From a virus (Duplodnaviria; Heunggongvirae; Uroviricota; Caudoviricetes), in IMG/VR virus record IMGVR_UViG_2734482567_000007: 38,873 nucleotides of DNA; one strand, 5' to 3'. The first letter of the stretch is position 1, and every line of letters starts with the position of its first letter. This document shows, piece after piece, positions 9,056 through 18,117 of the stretch. The notes below the pieces were generated by a model. That model saw nothing but the letters and a program-made list of their open reading frames with translations, did no database searches and was not told where the DNA came from. The position numbers and the translations under genes are program-made.

Positions 9056-9568
9056 ATGAATCGCGCTTCCCTGATTACCTTAATACATGTCGCAAAACGC
9101 GATCTACAGCTTGACCATGATACCTATACATCCGCGCTGCTGGCAGCCACCGGCAAATCCAGTTGCCGTGATATGTCACCCGGTGAGTTATCCCGCGTGC
9201 TGGATGTTTTCAAAAAACGCGGTTTTAAAGTGCGTCAGAAGCCGGTTAACCGGGCCTTAAAACCGGGTACGGTGACCGCCAAAATTCGCGCCATCTGGAA
9301 AGTGATGCACCGGCAGGGATTTATCTCTGATGGCGGGGAAACGGCCCTTAACCGCTGGGTGAAATCGCAGACGGCCGCGCAGAACGACGGCGAAGGTGTG
9401 GCTAACTGGCAGTGGCTGGAGCAACAACCCGCGCTGGCCTCTGATGTGCTGGAGCGTCTCAAACGCTGGCACCGCCGCAAAATGCTGGCAGCCCTGGATA
9501 TGTCGGAACGTGCAGTGATGAGTTATGAGCGTGTTTGCAGGCTGTATGAAAAATCATTCCCCCGTTAA
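9056..9568 (+). CDS. gemA: GemA-like early regulatory protein (Mu gp16 family)
   Basis: 170 aa; position immediately before early terminator and activator gene as in Mu; sequence character matches GemA family. Confidence 0.6.
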   Translation: MNRASLITLIHVAKRDLQLDHDTYTSALLAATGKSSCRDMSPGELSRVLDVFKKRGFKVRQKPVNRALKPGTVTAKIRAIWKVMHRQGFISDGGETALNRWVKSQTAAQNDGEGVANWQWLEQQPALASDVLERLKRWHRRKMLAALDMSERAVMSYERVCRLYEKSFPR

Positions 9569-9572
9569 CCCC

Positions 9573-9604
9573 AAATCCCGCCACAGCGCGGGATTTTTAT
9601 TTTA
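9573..9604 (+). terminator. Intrinsic terminator at end of early operon
   Basis: AAATCCCGC-CACAGC-GCGGGATTT hairpin followed by TTATTTT, 5 bp after gemA stop. Confidence 0.7.
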
Positions 9605-9638
9605 AACTTGCCCTGTGTAATGATGACCGGAGGCGGGT

Positions 9639-10061
9639 ATGGCTGAAACACAGATGAGCATGTTTGGTGACAGCGAACAGCTGCACGCGCTGATTGACCG
9701 TCTGGATGATATTCCTGATGATGAGCTGAAAAAGAACTGGCCCGGCACGCTGCGGGACCTGGTTGATGTGATCAGTGCTGAACTGCACCGTCAGGGGATT
9801 GAACCTGCTCAGGCGGGAATGCTTGCCCGTAAGGTTGCAGCCGCACAGGCCGGGTACATGGGCGGGCGTGGTTATTATCTCCCGGTCGGTGAATCCCTTT
9901 TCACCGAACTGCGCAATAATGAAATTTTTTCCCGCTGGAGCCAGGGCGAAAAAATTGAAACCCTGCGCCGCCACTACCAGATGTCAGAGACGCAGATTTA
10001 CTCCGTTATCCGCAACCAGCGTCGCCTGCATCAGGAACGCACGCAGCCACGGCTTTTCTGA
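9639..10061 (+). CDS. Mor/C-family transcriptional activator (middle/late gene activator)
   Basis: 140 aa; GGAGG RBS; position between early terminator and lysis genes; C-terminal HTH-like region typical of Mor/C family. Confidence 0.65.
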   Translation: MAETQMSMFGDSEQLHALIDRLDDIPDDELKKNWPGTLRDLVDVISAELHRQGIEPAQAGMLARKVAAAQAGYMGGRGYYLPVGESLFTELRNNEIFSRWSQGEKIETLRRHYQMSETQIYSVIRNQRRLHQERTQPRLF

Positions 10062-10132
10062 TATTCCGCAAATCCTGCCCCCTTTTCCTCACGGTTACGC
10101 TGACTCAGAGAACACCATGAGACAGCGTAACA

Positions 10133-10633
10133 ATGCCAAAACTCCCCGCACCCCTGCGTAAAAAGCTGATTGCCCTTGTTCTGGCCGGAGCCGGGACGTT
10201 CACCATTGCCACGCACTACACCGGCTACTGGGAAGGGAAAGAAAACACCACGTACATTGATCCCACCGGCACCCCCACCATCTGTTACGGCCATACCGGC
10301 CCGGATGTGAAACCGGGGATGACAAAAACTGATGAAGAGTGTCTGGAGCTGCTGGAAAAGGACATGAAATGGGCCTTTGCGGCTATCGATCGTCATGTTC
10401 AGGTGCCGCTTACCCGTGGTCAGACGGTGGCGCTGGCCTCCTGGATTTTCTGGGCCGGTGAAACGAACTTTCGCAACTCCACGCTCCTGCGCCTTATCAA
10501 TGCCGGGCAGATGCCCGCGTCCTGTAAGCAGTATATCCGCTGGATTTATTCAAAGGGGGTAAAACTCCCCGGTCTTGAGGCCCGCCGTTCGGCGGATGAA
10601 TGGTTATGTCGTTACGATTTGCCGAAAGTCTGA
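10133..10633 (+). CDS. lys: SAR endolysin (T4-type lysozyme fold)
   Basis: 166 aa; N-terminal Gly/Ala-rich weakly hydrophobic segment (LIALVLAGAGTFTIAT) then E-x8-D-x5-T catalytic spacing (WEGKENTTYIDPTGTPT). Confidence 0.75.
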   Translation: MPKLPAPLRKKLIALVLAGAGTFTIATHYTGYWEGKENTTYIDPTGTPTICYGHTGPDVKPGMTKTDEECLELLEKDMKWAFAAIDRHVQVPLTRGQTVALASWIFWAGETNFRNSTLLRLINAGQMPASCKQYIRWIYSKGVKLPGLEARRSADEWLCRYDLPKV

Positions 10634-11096
10634 ACCGCTTCTGGCGACCGCTCATGATTGCGCTGCTGTGTGCCGTTGTGCTGCTGCGGGGTGTGCTGTG
10701 TCTGCGGTGAACAATCCCTTACCGGCCCTGATTGCCGGAGGCTGTATGGCGGCGCTGGGGGTGATGAGCGTGCTGGCTGCCGTGGTATGGGGAATGCACC
10801 AGAAGACGCAGCGCCTTGAGGACAATAATCATGTGCTTGTGCGTGAACGGGACGAAGCCCGTCTGGTGCTGGCAAACCAGCAACGCACCCTGCAACTCAT
10901 TTCACAAATCAGCAAGGCGGCCACGAATGAAAAACAGCAGAACATGCAGCACAGCGAGGAACAGCAGAGCATTGTCCGCCGGTCACTGGCAACGGTGCCT
11001 GCTGCCGCTGTGCCTGTGCCTGATGATGTGGCTGACCGGGTGCGGCGGGCCGTCTGTGAAATACGTGCCGGTGAAGCCGGTGCCGATCCCCGCTGA
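10575..11096 (+). CDS. Putative i-spanin (Rz-like); true start probably internal
   Basis: Hydrophobic segment LPALIAGGCMAALGVMSVLAAVVWGM followed by charged coiled-coil-like region; overlaps endolysin 3' end. Confidence 0.45.
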   Translation: MRPAVRRMNGYVVTICRKSEPLLATAHDCAAVCRCAAAGCAVSAVNNPLPALIAGGCMAALGVMSVLAAVVWGMHQKTQRLEDNNHVLVRERDEARLVLANQQRTLQLISQISKAATNEKQQNMQHSEEQQSIVRRSLATVPAAAVPVPDDVADRVRRAVCEIRAGEAGADPR

Positions 11097-11298
11097 ATGG
11101 CTGGCTGACTGCCTGGTCCCTCCCGCGCCGCAGCCGTTCACGTTTGGTGCATCGGTCACTTACAACCTGCAACTGCTGGCGGTGATTAAAAACTGCAACG
11201 TGGACAAGGCCAGCATCCGCCGTCTGGAGACACAGCGACAGCATGAATTTACTGATATGGCCGGAACGACTGCTGTTCCGGCAGGAAAGACGAAGTAA
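10927..11298 (+). CDS. Putative o-spanin (Rz1-like lipoprotein), overlapping i-spanin in another frame
   Basis: Lipobox LTGC with Cys, Pro-rich mature region with Cys residues; out-of-frame overlap with 3' end of i-spanin; start codon uncertain (10927 or 11023). Confidence 0.45.
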   Translation: MKNSRTCSTARNSRALSAGHWQRCLLPLCLCLMMWLTGCGGPSVKYVPVKPVPIPAEWLADCLVPPAPQPFTFGASVTYNLQLLAVIKNCNVDKASIRRLETQRQHEFTDMAGTTAVPAGKTK

Positions 11299-11308
11299 GG
11301 AAAAAGGT

Positions 11309-11536
11309 ATGGATGATTCAGATTGTGCTCAGGCAGTCATGGAGCGTGCAACAGAACGCGCCCTTTGTGACCGGCTGACACGTAAGCGCCGGGTGGCGGA
11401 GACACCGGGCAGGCGTGTATGCGCGGACTGCGGGGGTGACATTCCGGCTGCCCGTCTGGTTGCCGTGCCGGATGCCATCCGTTGTGTGAACTGCCAGAAC
11501 ATCATGGAGGCCGGTCATGTGGGTCAGCATCGTTAA
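11309..11536 (+). CDS. DksA/TraR-type C4 zinc-finger protein
   Basis: ATG at 11309 after AAGGAAAAAGG; CADCGGDI...CVNC motif pair. Confidence 0.55.
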   Translation: MDDSDCAQAVMERATERALCDRLTRKRRVAETPGRRVCADCGGDIPAARLVAVPDAIRCVNCQNIMEAGHVGQHR

Positions 11537-11828
11537 AGATTATGTCGTGCCGATCCTGTCGGCAACGGCCACAGCCGGGGGGATCTTCATGGCGCTGATG
11601 CGCAAAACCTTTGTCCCCCGCGAGGCCTTTGAAAAACTCTCCGACCGGGTTGAGCGGGTGGAGAGCCGGATTTCCGGCCTGCCCACGCAGCAGGAGGTGA
11701 ACAGACTCAATATCGAAATCACCACCCTGCGCGGTGAGCTTAAGGCCACCAATGCCACCCTGAAATCCGTCTCCCATCAGAACGAACTGCTGCTGGAGCA
11801 GGCTGTAAGGAAAAAACACAATGAGTGA
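11517..11828 (+). CDS. Membrane-anchored coiled-coil protein (possible lysis accessory/releasin-like by position)
   Basis: 103 aa; N-terminal hydrophobic segment VVPILSATATAGGIFMALM then heptad-like charged region. Confidence 0.4.
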   Translation: MWVSIVKDYVVPILSATATAGGIFMALMRKTFVPREAFEKLSDRVERVESRISGLPTQQEVNRLNIEITTLRGELKATNATLKSVSHQNELLLEQAVRKKHNE

Positions 11829-12111
11829 TTTCATTACTGAAGATCAGCGTCTTGTCATTCTGCGGTCGCTGGCGGATTACAACGGCGAACTGGGCGAATC
11901 CGTGCTTCAGGACTGCCTGGATGATTACGGTCACCGCGTGTCCCGCGACACCGTTCATACCCACATTGCCTGGCTTGCCGAGCAGGGACTGGTGCGTAAG
12001 CGCACGCTTGTTAACGGTTATTTCATCGCTGAACTGACCGGCCGGGGTCAGGATGTGGCGGAAGGCCGCGCCACCGTTCCGGGTGTGAAGAAACCACGCG
12101 CAAGGGGGTAA
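11821..12111 (+). CDS. Hypothetical protein upstream of terminase
   Basis: 96 aa ORF, tight packing. Confidence 0.4.
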   Translation: MSDFITEDQRLVILRSLADYNGELGESVLQDCLDDYGHRVSRDTVHTHIAWLAEQGLVRKRTLVNGYFIAELTGRGQDVAEGRATVPGVKKPRARG

Positions 12112-12113
12112 CG

Positions 12114-12695
12114 ATGGATAAGCCAGCGCGTGGCCGTGTACGCAAGGTGGATTTGCTCCCCGACAGCATCCGTAAGCCGCTGCTGGAAATGCTGCGTGAA
12201 AAACGTCTGACGCAGGTCCAGATCCGCGAGGAAATCAACCGTCTGATCCGTGAAGCAGGTCTGCCGGAAGAGCAGCAGCTCTCACCGGCGGCCATCAGCC
12301 GGGAAGCCTCCCGTAATGAGCTGATTGCCCGTAATCTGCGTGATTTACGCGAGCAGACAAAAGCCATGATGGCCGAACTGGGGGATAAGCCGACCGGTGA
12401 AACCACGGCACTGATTCTGGAGATGTCCCGTGCCCTGATGTACCGCCGTCTGCGTGCCGCCACCGAATCCCTGAACAGCGACAGCGATGTGGATATGCGC
12501 CTTATTAAGGACATCCTCCTGTCGGCACAGCGTGCAGAAAGTGCCGCCGAGCGCAGCATTAAGCGTGAAAAAGAAATCCGGGCCGCATTTGCTGAAGAGA
12601 TGGCGAATGCGGTCACCGATGAGTTGCGCGGCGTGGATGGCATGAGCGAGCAGATCGAATTCCGTATCAGGCAGATGCTGCTGGGTAAGGCGTAG
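12114..12695 (+). CDS. Putative terminase small subunit (Mu gp27-like)
   Basis: 193 aa, immediately upstream of large terminase; basic N-terminus with HTH-like character. Confidence 0.55.
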   Translation: MDKPARGRVRKVDLLPDSIRKPLLEMLREKRLTQVQIREEINRLIREAGLPEEQQLSPAAISREASRNELIARNLRDLREQTKAMMAELGDKPTGETTALILEMSRALMYRRLRAATESLNSDSDVDMRLIKDILLSAQRAESAAERSIKREKEIRAAFAEEMANAVTDELRGVDGMSEQIEFRIRQMLLGKA

Positions 12696-12705
12696 GAGGT
12701 GAATC

Positions 12706-12954
12706 ATGGCAACAGATAACCGCTCACTGATGAGCAGTGCCCATCAGAAAGCATTCAGTCTTGCAACACAGTTACCTCCTGAAACCATAAAGGTATGTCG
12801 TGAGTTGACTGAACTCAGCATTGCCGGGGAAATATCCCTGGAACAACTGCATTCGCTGCTGGCAGAGGCTGCCACTGATGAGTTGAGCGGCGTGGACGTG
12901 ATGACTGAAGAGCTTGAGTCCCGAATCAAAAGCATTCTGACAGGTAAAGCATGA
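12706..12954 (+). CDS. Small protein whose C-terminus duplicates the terminase small-subunit C-terminus
   Basis: 82 aa; ...TDELSGVDVMTEELESRIKSILTGKA versus ...TDELRGVDGMSEQIEFRIRQMLLGKA of preceding gene, with matching nucleotide similarity. Confidence 0.45.
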   Translation: MATDNRSLMSSAHQKAFSLATQLPPETIKVCRELTELSIAGEISLEQLHSLLAEAATDELSGVDVMTEELESRIKSILTGKA

Positions 12955-14618
12955 TGAACAAAGCCAGAGAAACGTCGCCTTCACTGATGCAAATGACGCC
13001 TCCCCGCAAAATTGATCTGTCAGGTGAAAAAGCCCTGCTGGGCGTGGATGTGCCGGACAGCCTTGATTTGCCCGGTGATATGCCGGTGTTTCTGGATTAT
13101 CAGGCCCGCTGGTTTGCAGATGAAAGTCAGGTCTGCATCGCGGAGAAATCCCGCCGCACCGGTCTTACCTGGGCGGAAGCCGGGCGTAACGTCATTACTG
13201 CTGCAAAACCGAAGCGTCGTGGTGGCCGCAATGTGTTTTATGTGGGATCAAAGCAGGAGATGGCGCTGGAATATATTTCTGCCTGCGCGCTGTTCTCCCG
13301 TGCCTTTAACCAGCTGGCAGATGCTGATGTGTATGAGCAGACATTCTGGGATCGGGATAAAAAAGAAGAAATTTTGACCTACATGATCCGCTTTCCGAAC
13401 AGTGGATTCAAAATTCAGGCATTGTCTTCCCGTCCGTCAAACCTGCGCGGCCTTCAGGGGGATGTGGTGATTGATGAAGCCGCGTTCCACGAGTCACTGG
13501 ATGAGCTTCTCAAGGCGGCAATGGCGCTCACTATGTGGGGCGCGCGCGTGCGTATTATCTCCACGCATAACGGCGTCGATAATCTGTTTAATCAGTACAT
13601 TCAGGAAGCCCGCGAGGGGCGCAAGGATTACAGCGTCCACCGCATAACCCTGGATGATGCCATTGCGGACGGGCTGTACCGTCGTATCTGTTACGTCACC
13701 GATCAGGAATGGTCACCGGAAAGCGAGCAGAAATGGCGTGATGATCTCTACAAAAACGCCCCGACCCGTGAGGATGCCGACGAGGAATACGGCTGTATCC
13801 CGAAAAAATCCGGCGGTGCCTATATCCCCCACGCGCTTATTGAAATGGCGATGATCCGCGACATCCCGATTCTGACGTTTGAAGCCCCGGACAACTTCAT
13901 CAGCCGTGCCGCATGGCTGCGTGAATCGGAAGTTTTAACCTGGTGTGAAGAACATTTAAAACCGCTTTTAGAGAAATTAAATCCCCGTTCCCGCTTCAGC
14001 TTCGGGGAAGACTTTGCCCGCACCGGTGACCTGTCCTGCTTTGTGCTGCTGGAAATCACCGAATCCCTGGCAAAGCGCGAGGTGTTTCGCGTGGAGCTGC
14101 GCAACCTGCCGTATGCCCAGCAGGAACAGGTGATGATGTACATCCTGACCCGCGTTCCGGCGCTGGTCGGTGCGGCGTTCGACGCCACCGGTAACGGCGG
14201 CTATCTGGCAGAGGCCGCACTGCTGGCCTTTGGCCCGGACATCATCGACTGCGTGATGTTGTCGCCGAAGTGGTACGGCGAGTGGATGCCAAAACTGAAA
14301 GCCGAGTTTGAAGATCAGAATATCCTCGTCGCCCGCCATCAGACCACGCTTGATGATTTGCGCCATGTGAAGGTAGTGAATGGTATCCCGCAAATCGACA
14401 AGGGGCGCACGAAGGACCAGAACGCAACGGCTGCGAACGCCCGCCGCCATGGTGATTTTGCCGTGGCGCTCTGTATGGCAAACCGGGCGTCATACATGGA
14501 GGGCTTCATCCTGGATGAATCAGCCTGTCAGGCGCTACAGGAGCGGTCGCGGGCAATGGAGGGCGGTTATCGTGATGACGATGAGGCATATCATGAATTT
14601 GATCGGGGGGGCTGGTAG
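12951..14618 (+). CDS. Terminase large subunit (Mu gp28-like)
   Basis: 555 aa; position; VVIDEAAF Walker-B-like motif and C-terminal nuclease-like region. Confidence 0.75.
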   Translation: MMNKARETSPSLMQMTPPRKIDLSGEKALLGVDVPDSLDLPGDMPVFLDYQARWFADESQVCIAEKSRRTGLTWAEAGRNVITAAKPKRRGGRNVFYVGSKQEMALEYISACALFSRAFNQLADADVYEQTFWDRDKKEEILTYMIRFPNSGFKIQALSSRPSNLRGLQGDVVIDEAAFHESLDELLKAAMALTMWGARVRIISTHNGVDNLFNQYIQEAREGRKDYSVHRITLDDAIADGLYRRICYVTDQEWSPESEQKWRDDLYKNAPTREDADEEYGCIPKKSGGAYIPHALIEMAMIRDIPILTFEAPDNFISRAAWLRESEVLTWCEEHLKPLLEKLNPRSRFSFGEDFARTGDLSCFVLLEITESLAKREVFRVELRNLPYAQQEQVMMYILTRVPALVGAAFDATGNGGYLAEAALLAFGPDIIDCVMLSPKWYGEWMPKLKAEFEDQNILVARHQTTLDDLRHVKVVNGIPQIDKGRTKDQNATAANARRHGDFAVALCMANRASYMEGFILDESACQALQERSRAMEGGYRDDDEAYHEFDRGGW

Positions 14619-16207
14619 TGGGACGCATCATTGATACTGACGGAAAACCTTTCTCCTTTGACCCGGAGATGCAGAGTGCCGCGCTGGATATTCCGCAGAT
14701 TGCCAGCCGTTATATTGAACATCCGGCTTCGGGTATCACCCCGAACCGGGCGGCGCAGTGCCTTCGCGGGGCTGAACGTGGCGATCTGATTGCCCAGTCC
14801 GATCTGGCCGCTGATATTGAAGAAAAGGACACCCACCTTTTTGCGGAGCTGGGCAAGCGACGTCTTGCCATTCAGGGGGTGCCATGGAGTATTGAGCCGC
14901 CACCGAACGCCAGCGCGAATGAGAAAAAGGACGCGGAAATGCTCGACGAATATCTGCATTCCGCAGACTGGTTTGATGCCATGCTGTTTGACGCCACGGA
15001 TGCCATCCTGAAGGGCTATTCCTGCATGGAAATTGAGCACGGGATGCTCGGTAAAATGCACATCATCCGCGCCATCCGCTGGCGTGACAGCGGGCATTTC
15101 TGCCTTAACCCGGATGATTTGAGCGAACTGCGGCTGCGTGACGGCAGCCATGCCGGGGTGGCGTTTCAGCCCTTTGGCTGGATAGTGCATCAGTCGCGTT
15201 CACGCACCGGCTACGGTGGTGCGACGGGGCTTGTCAGAACGCTTATCTGGCCGTTCATTTTCAAAAACTATTCCGTGCGCGATCTGGCGGAATTTCTGGA
15301 GGTGTACGGCCTGCCAATGAAGGTCGGGAAATACCCGTCCGGGGCAACACCGGAGCAGAAAAGTGCCCTGATGCGGGCGGTGATGGATATCGGGCGACGT
15401 ACAGGCGGGATCATCCCGGCCGGGATGTCGCTGGAGTTTCAGGCGGCAGCGAACGGTCAGGCCGATCCGTTTGAAACCATGATTTCGTGGGGTGAGCGTT
15501 CCATCTCCAAAGCAATACTCGGCGGCACGCTGACCACAGAAGCCGGAGACAAAGGCGCGCGCTCGCTGGGTGAGGTGCATAACGAGGTGCGCCGGGAAAT
15601 CAGGGATTCTGATTTACGCCAGCTGGCTGCAACCCTGAACCGCGATCTGGTGTATCCGCTGTATGCCCTGAACACCGCCCACGCCATTGATATCCGTCGC
15701 CTGCCGCGTATCTGTTTCCAGACCAAAGAACCGGGGGATATCACCAAAATAGCCAGTGCGGTGATGCAACTCAGTGCGGGGATGGATATTCCTGATCCCT
15801 GGGTACGGGATCAGACCGGTATTCCACAGCCCACGCCCGGTGAAGCCATATTCCGTGTCCGTCAGAGCAGTAATGAACCGGCCATGCCTGACAGGGAAAC
15901 GCTACCGGAAAAACAGGAAAAGACAGAACAGACGGCGCTTTCAGCCCGACTGCCGGAAGCGAAAAACACGCCGCGTGATGAACTGGACGACATGGGGGAC
16001 GCGGTGCCTGCCCGCCGCTTACAGGAGGCCATCGATCCGGTGCTGGAGCCGGTCATTGATGTCATCAGAACGCGGGGGCTGGCGGAGGCACTGGCAGACC
16101 TGCCTGCCCTTTACCGTGAAATGGATGATTCCCGCCTGATGACGCTGCTCAGTGATGCCATGTTTGCTGCGGAAATGAAGGGGATGCTGGATGGCTCAGG
16201 GGATTGA
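14618..16207 (+). CDS. Portal protein (Mu gp29-like)
   Basis: 529 aa; position after terminase; size and composition typical of Mu-like portal. Confidence 0.75.
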   Translation: MGRIIDTDGKPFSFDPEMQSAALDIPQIASRYIEHPASGITPNRAAQCLRGAERGDLIAQSDLAADIEEKDTHLFAELGKRRLAIQGVPWSIEPPPNASANEKKDAEMLDEYLHSADWFDAMLFDATDAILKGYSCMEIEHGMLGKMHIIRAIRWRDSGHFCLNPDDLSELRLRDGSHAGVAFQPFGWIVHQSRSRTGYGGATGLVRTLIWPFIFKNYSVRDLAEFLEVYGLPMKVGKYPSGATPEQKSALMRAVMDIGRRTGGIIPAGMSLEFQAAANGQADPFETMISWGERSISKAILGGTLTTEAGDKGARSLGEVHNEVRREIRDSDLRQLAATLNRDLVYPLYALNTAHAIDIRRLPRICFQTKEPGDITKIASAVMQLSAGMDIPDPWVRDQTGIPQPTPGEAIFRVRQSSNEPAMPDRETLPEKQEKTEQTALSARLPEAKNTPRDELDDMGDAVPARRLQEAIDPVLEPVIDVIRTRGLAEALADLPALYREMDDSRLMTLLSDAMFAAEMKGMLDGSGD

Positions 16208-17522
16208 TTTAGGTTATGCCGCCACGCTTCCCTCAAAAGAGACGGTGGCATACTTCCGCGCCAAAGGGGCGCATATCAGCTGGAACTGGTTCGAAACAGA
16301 CGCGGATGTTCATGCCCGCTCATTCACGGCAGCAAAAACGGCACGGCTGGATGTGGTAACCACATTACAGGCCGAAGTGCAGCGGGCCATTGATGAGGGG
16401 ATTTCACAGAAAGAATTTATCCGCACACTGACGCCACGCCTGCAAAAGCTGGGATGGTGGGGAAAGCAGATTGTGGTGGACAGCGACGGTAACGCGGAAG
16501 AAGTGCAGCAGGGCAGTCCCCGTCGTCTGGCGCTGATTTACAACGTGAACACCCGTGTGGCTTACAATGCCGGGCGTTACACGCAGATGATGAACAACAC
16601 GGACACGCATCCGTTCTGGCAGTATGTGGCGGTCATGGACAGCCGTACCCGCCCGTCGCATTCCGCCCTTAACGGTCTGGTATTCCGCTATGACGATCCG
16701 TTCTGGAAAACACACTACCCGCCCAATGGCTGGAACTGCCGCTGCCGTGTGCGGCCATTGTCTCAGGCCCGTCTGGATGCAATGGGGTTATCCGTTTCAT
16801 CCGGTGAGGATCATCTCTCCACCCGCAATGTTGAGGCTGGCGTGGATAAACAGACCGGAGAAGTCAGAGAAATGCCGGTGACCACATATTCAGATGGCGC
16901 CAGAACCATGACACCGGATGTGGGCTGGTCATATAACCCCGGCTCGGCAGCGTTCGGCACAGACCAGGCGCTGATCCGCAAACTGATCGAGGTGAAAAGC
17001 CCGGCGTTACGGGAAATGGTGGTTCAGGAGATGAACAACAGCCCGGAGCGGCAGCTGGCGTTCCGCATCTGGGCAAAAAACATCATGCAGACCCGGCGAG
17101 GTGGTAACGATATCCGCACGCTGGGCTTTATGACTGAAAGCATTGCGCAGGCAGTGGAAAGCCGGACGGGAACGCCACCGGCCCGCCTGCTGGCGATGAG
17201 CGGTAAAAATGTGCTCCATGCGGACAGTGTGAAACATCAGAATGACGGCATCGCTCTGACGCCGGAGGACTTCGGGCGCTTACCGGCAATGCTGGCAAGG
17301 CCAAAAGCGGTACTGTGGGACAAACGGCACAACAATCTGATGTATATCGTGGAAAATCAGGATGGCAGTGTGCAGATTGCCGTTAATGCACCGTACAGTC
17401 TGAAACGTCAGCCCGACAAACTGGATGTGATTGTGAATGCTTACCGGGTTATCAATATGGATAAGCTGAAATCGGATATCCGGGGCGGAATGCTTGAGGT
17501 GCTGGAAGGACAAATTGATTAA
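16191..17522 (+). CDS. Head morphogenesis protein (Mu F-like)
   Basis: 443 aa; motif DSRTRPSHSALNGLVF...NGWNCRCRV typical of F-family minor head proteins. Confidence 0.75.
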   Translation: MAQGIDLGYAATLPSKETVAYFRAKGAHISWNWFETDADVHARSFTAAKTARLDVVTTLQAEVQRAIDEGISQKEFIRTLTPRLQKLGWWGKQIVVDSDGNAEEVQQGSPRRLALIYNVNTRVAYNAGRYTQMMNNTDTHPFWQYVAVMDSRTRPSHSALNGLVFRYDDPFWKTHYPPNGWNCRCRVRPLSQARLDAMGLSVSSGEDHLSTRNVEAGVDKQTGEVREMPVTTYSDGARTMTPDVGWSYNPGSAAFGTDQALIRKLIEVKSPALREMVVQEMNNSPERQLAFRIWAKNIMQTRRGGNDIRTLGFMTESIAQAVESRTGTPPARLLAMSGKNVLHADSVKHQNDGIALTPEDFGRLPAMLARPKAVLWDKRHNNLMYIVENQDGSVQIAVNAPYSLKRQPDKLDVIVNAYRVINMDKLKSDIRGGMLEVLEGQID

Positions 17523-17607
17523 CGGTCAGTGGCGGGGGTCGAACCCGCATACATGATCCACCCGGAGGCAGGCACCGACTTTACCAGTTAAGCGTACACT
17601 GACCGCC
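17523..17607 (-). other. Structured tRNA-like element (T-arm plus acceptor-like stem), not a canonical tRNA
   Basis: Minus strand shows GTCAGTG...CACTGAC 7-8 bp terminal helix enclosing GCGGG-TTCGACC-CCCGC T-arm-like hairpin; no acceptable anticodon arm found. Confidence 0.3.
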
Positions 17608-17643
17608 TGTTTATTTTATATTCATCCTTTATGCGGAGGCAAT

Positions 17644-18117
17644 ATGTCATCCATTGATGCAGCTGTCGTTGTTGACGTTACGCGTCTCCAGCGAGTGTTT
17701 GCCCGGCTTCAGTTTGTGGGCGGCGGAAAAGACCTGGCCCGCAGTGTGGCGGCGAGTCTTCTGTCATCGTCAGAAATGGCGTTTGAGCAGGAAAAAGAGC
17801 CGGATGGTGAACGCTGGCATGACTGGTCAGATCCTTACCGTGAGTGGCGTACCCGTAAGGGATACACGCCCGGCAAAATCCTGACGCTGAACGGCGATCT
17901 GGCCCGCCGCCTGACCACGGATTATGGCGATACCTGGGCGCTGATTGGATCAAATGAACCTTATGCAGCCATTCATCAGTGGGGTGGCCTGCCTGGTATG
18001 CCACCGGGACCGGCGGCCATTGGCGCACGTCCGTATATGGGCTTTGATCAGGTGGCAGAACAGGAGATCATGGACGAAATCAGAAAACGCTTTAAAAAGG
18101 CCACAGAAACGCCGTAA
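17644..18117 (+). CDS. Virion morphogenesis protein (Mu G-like)
   Basis: 157 aa; GGAGG RBS; position between F and I as in Mu. Confidence 0.6.
   Translation: MSSIDAAVVVDVTRLQRVFARLQFVGGGKDLARSVAASLLSSSEMAFEQEKEPDGERWHDWSDPYREWRTRKGYTPGKILTLNGDLARRLTTDYGDTWALIGSNEPYAAIHQWGGLPGMPPGPAAIGARPYMGFDQVAEQEIMDEIRKRFKKATETP

Noticed and set aside
17523-17607. Canonical tRNA gene on the minus strand
   Set aside because: Acceptor-like helix and T-arm are convincing, but no 5-bp anticodon stem with a 7-nt loop and no proper D-arm could be folded at any register; kept only as a tRNA-like structured element.
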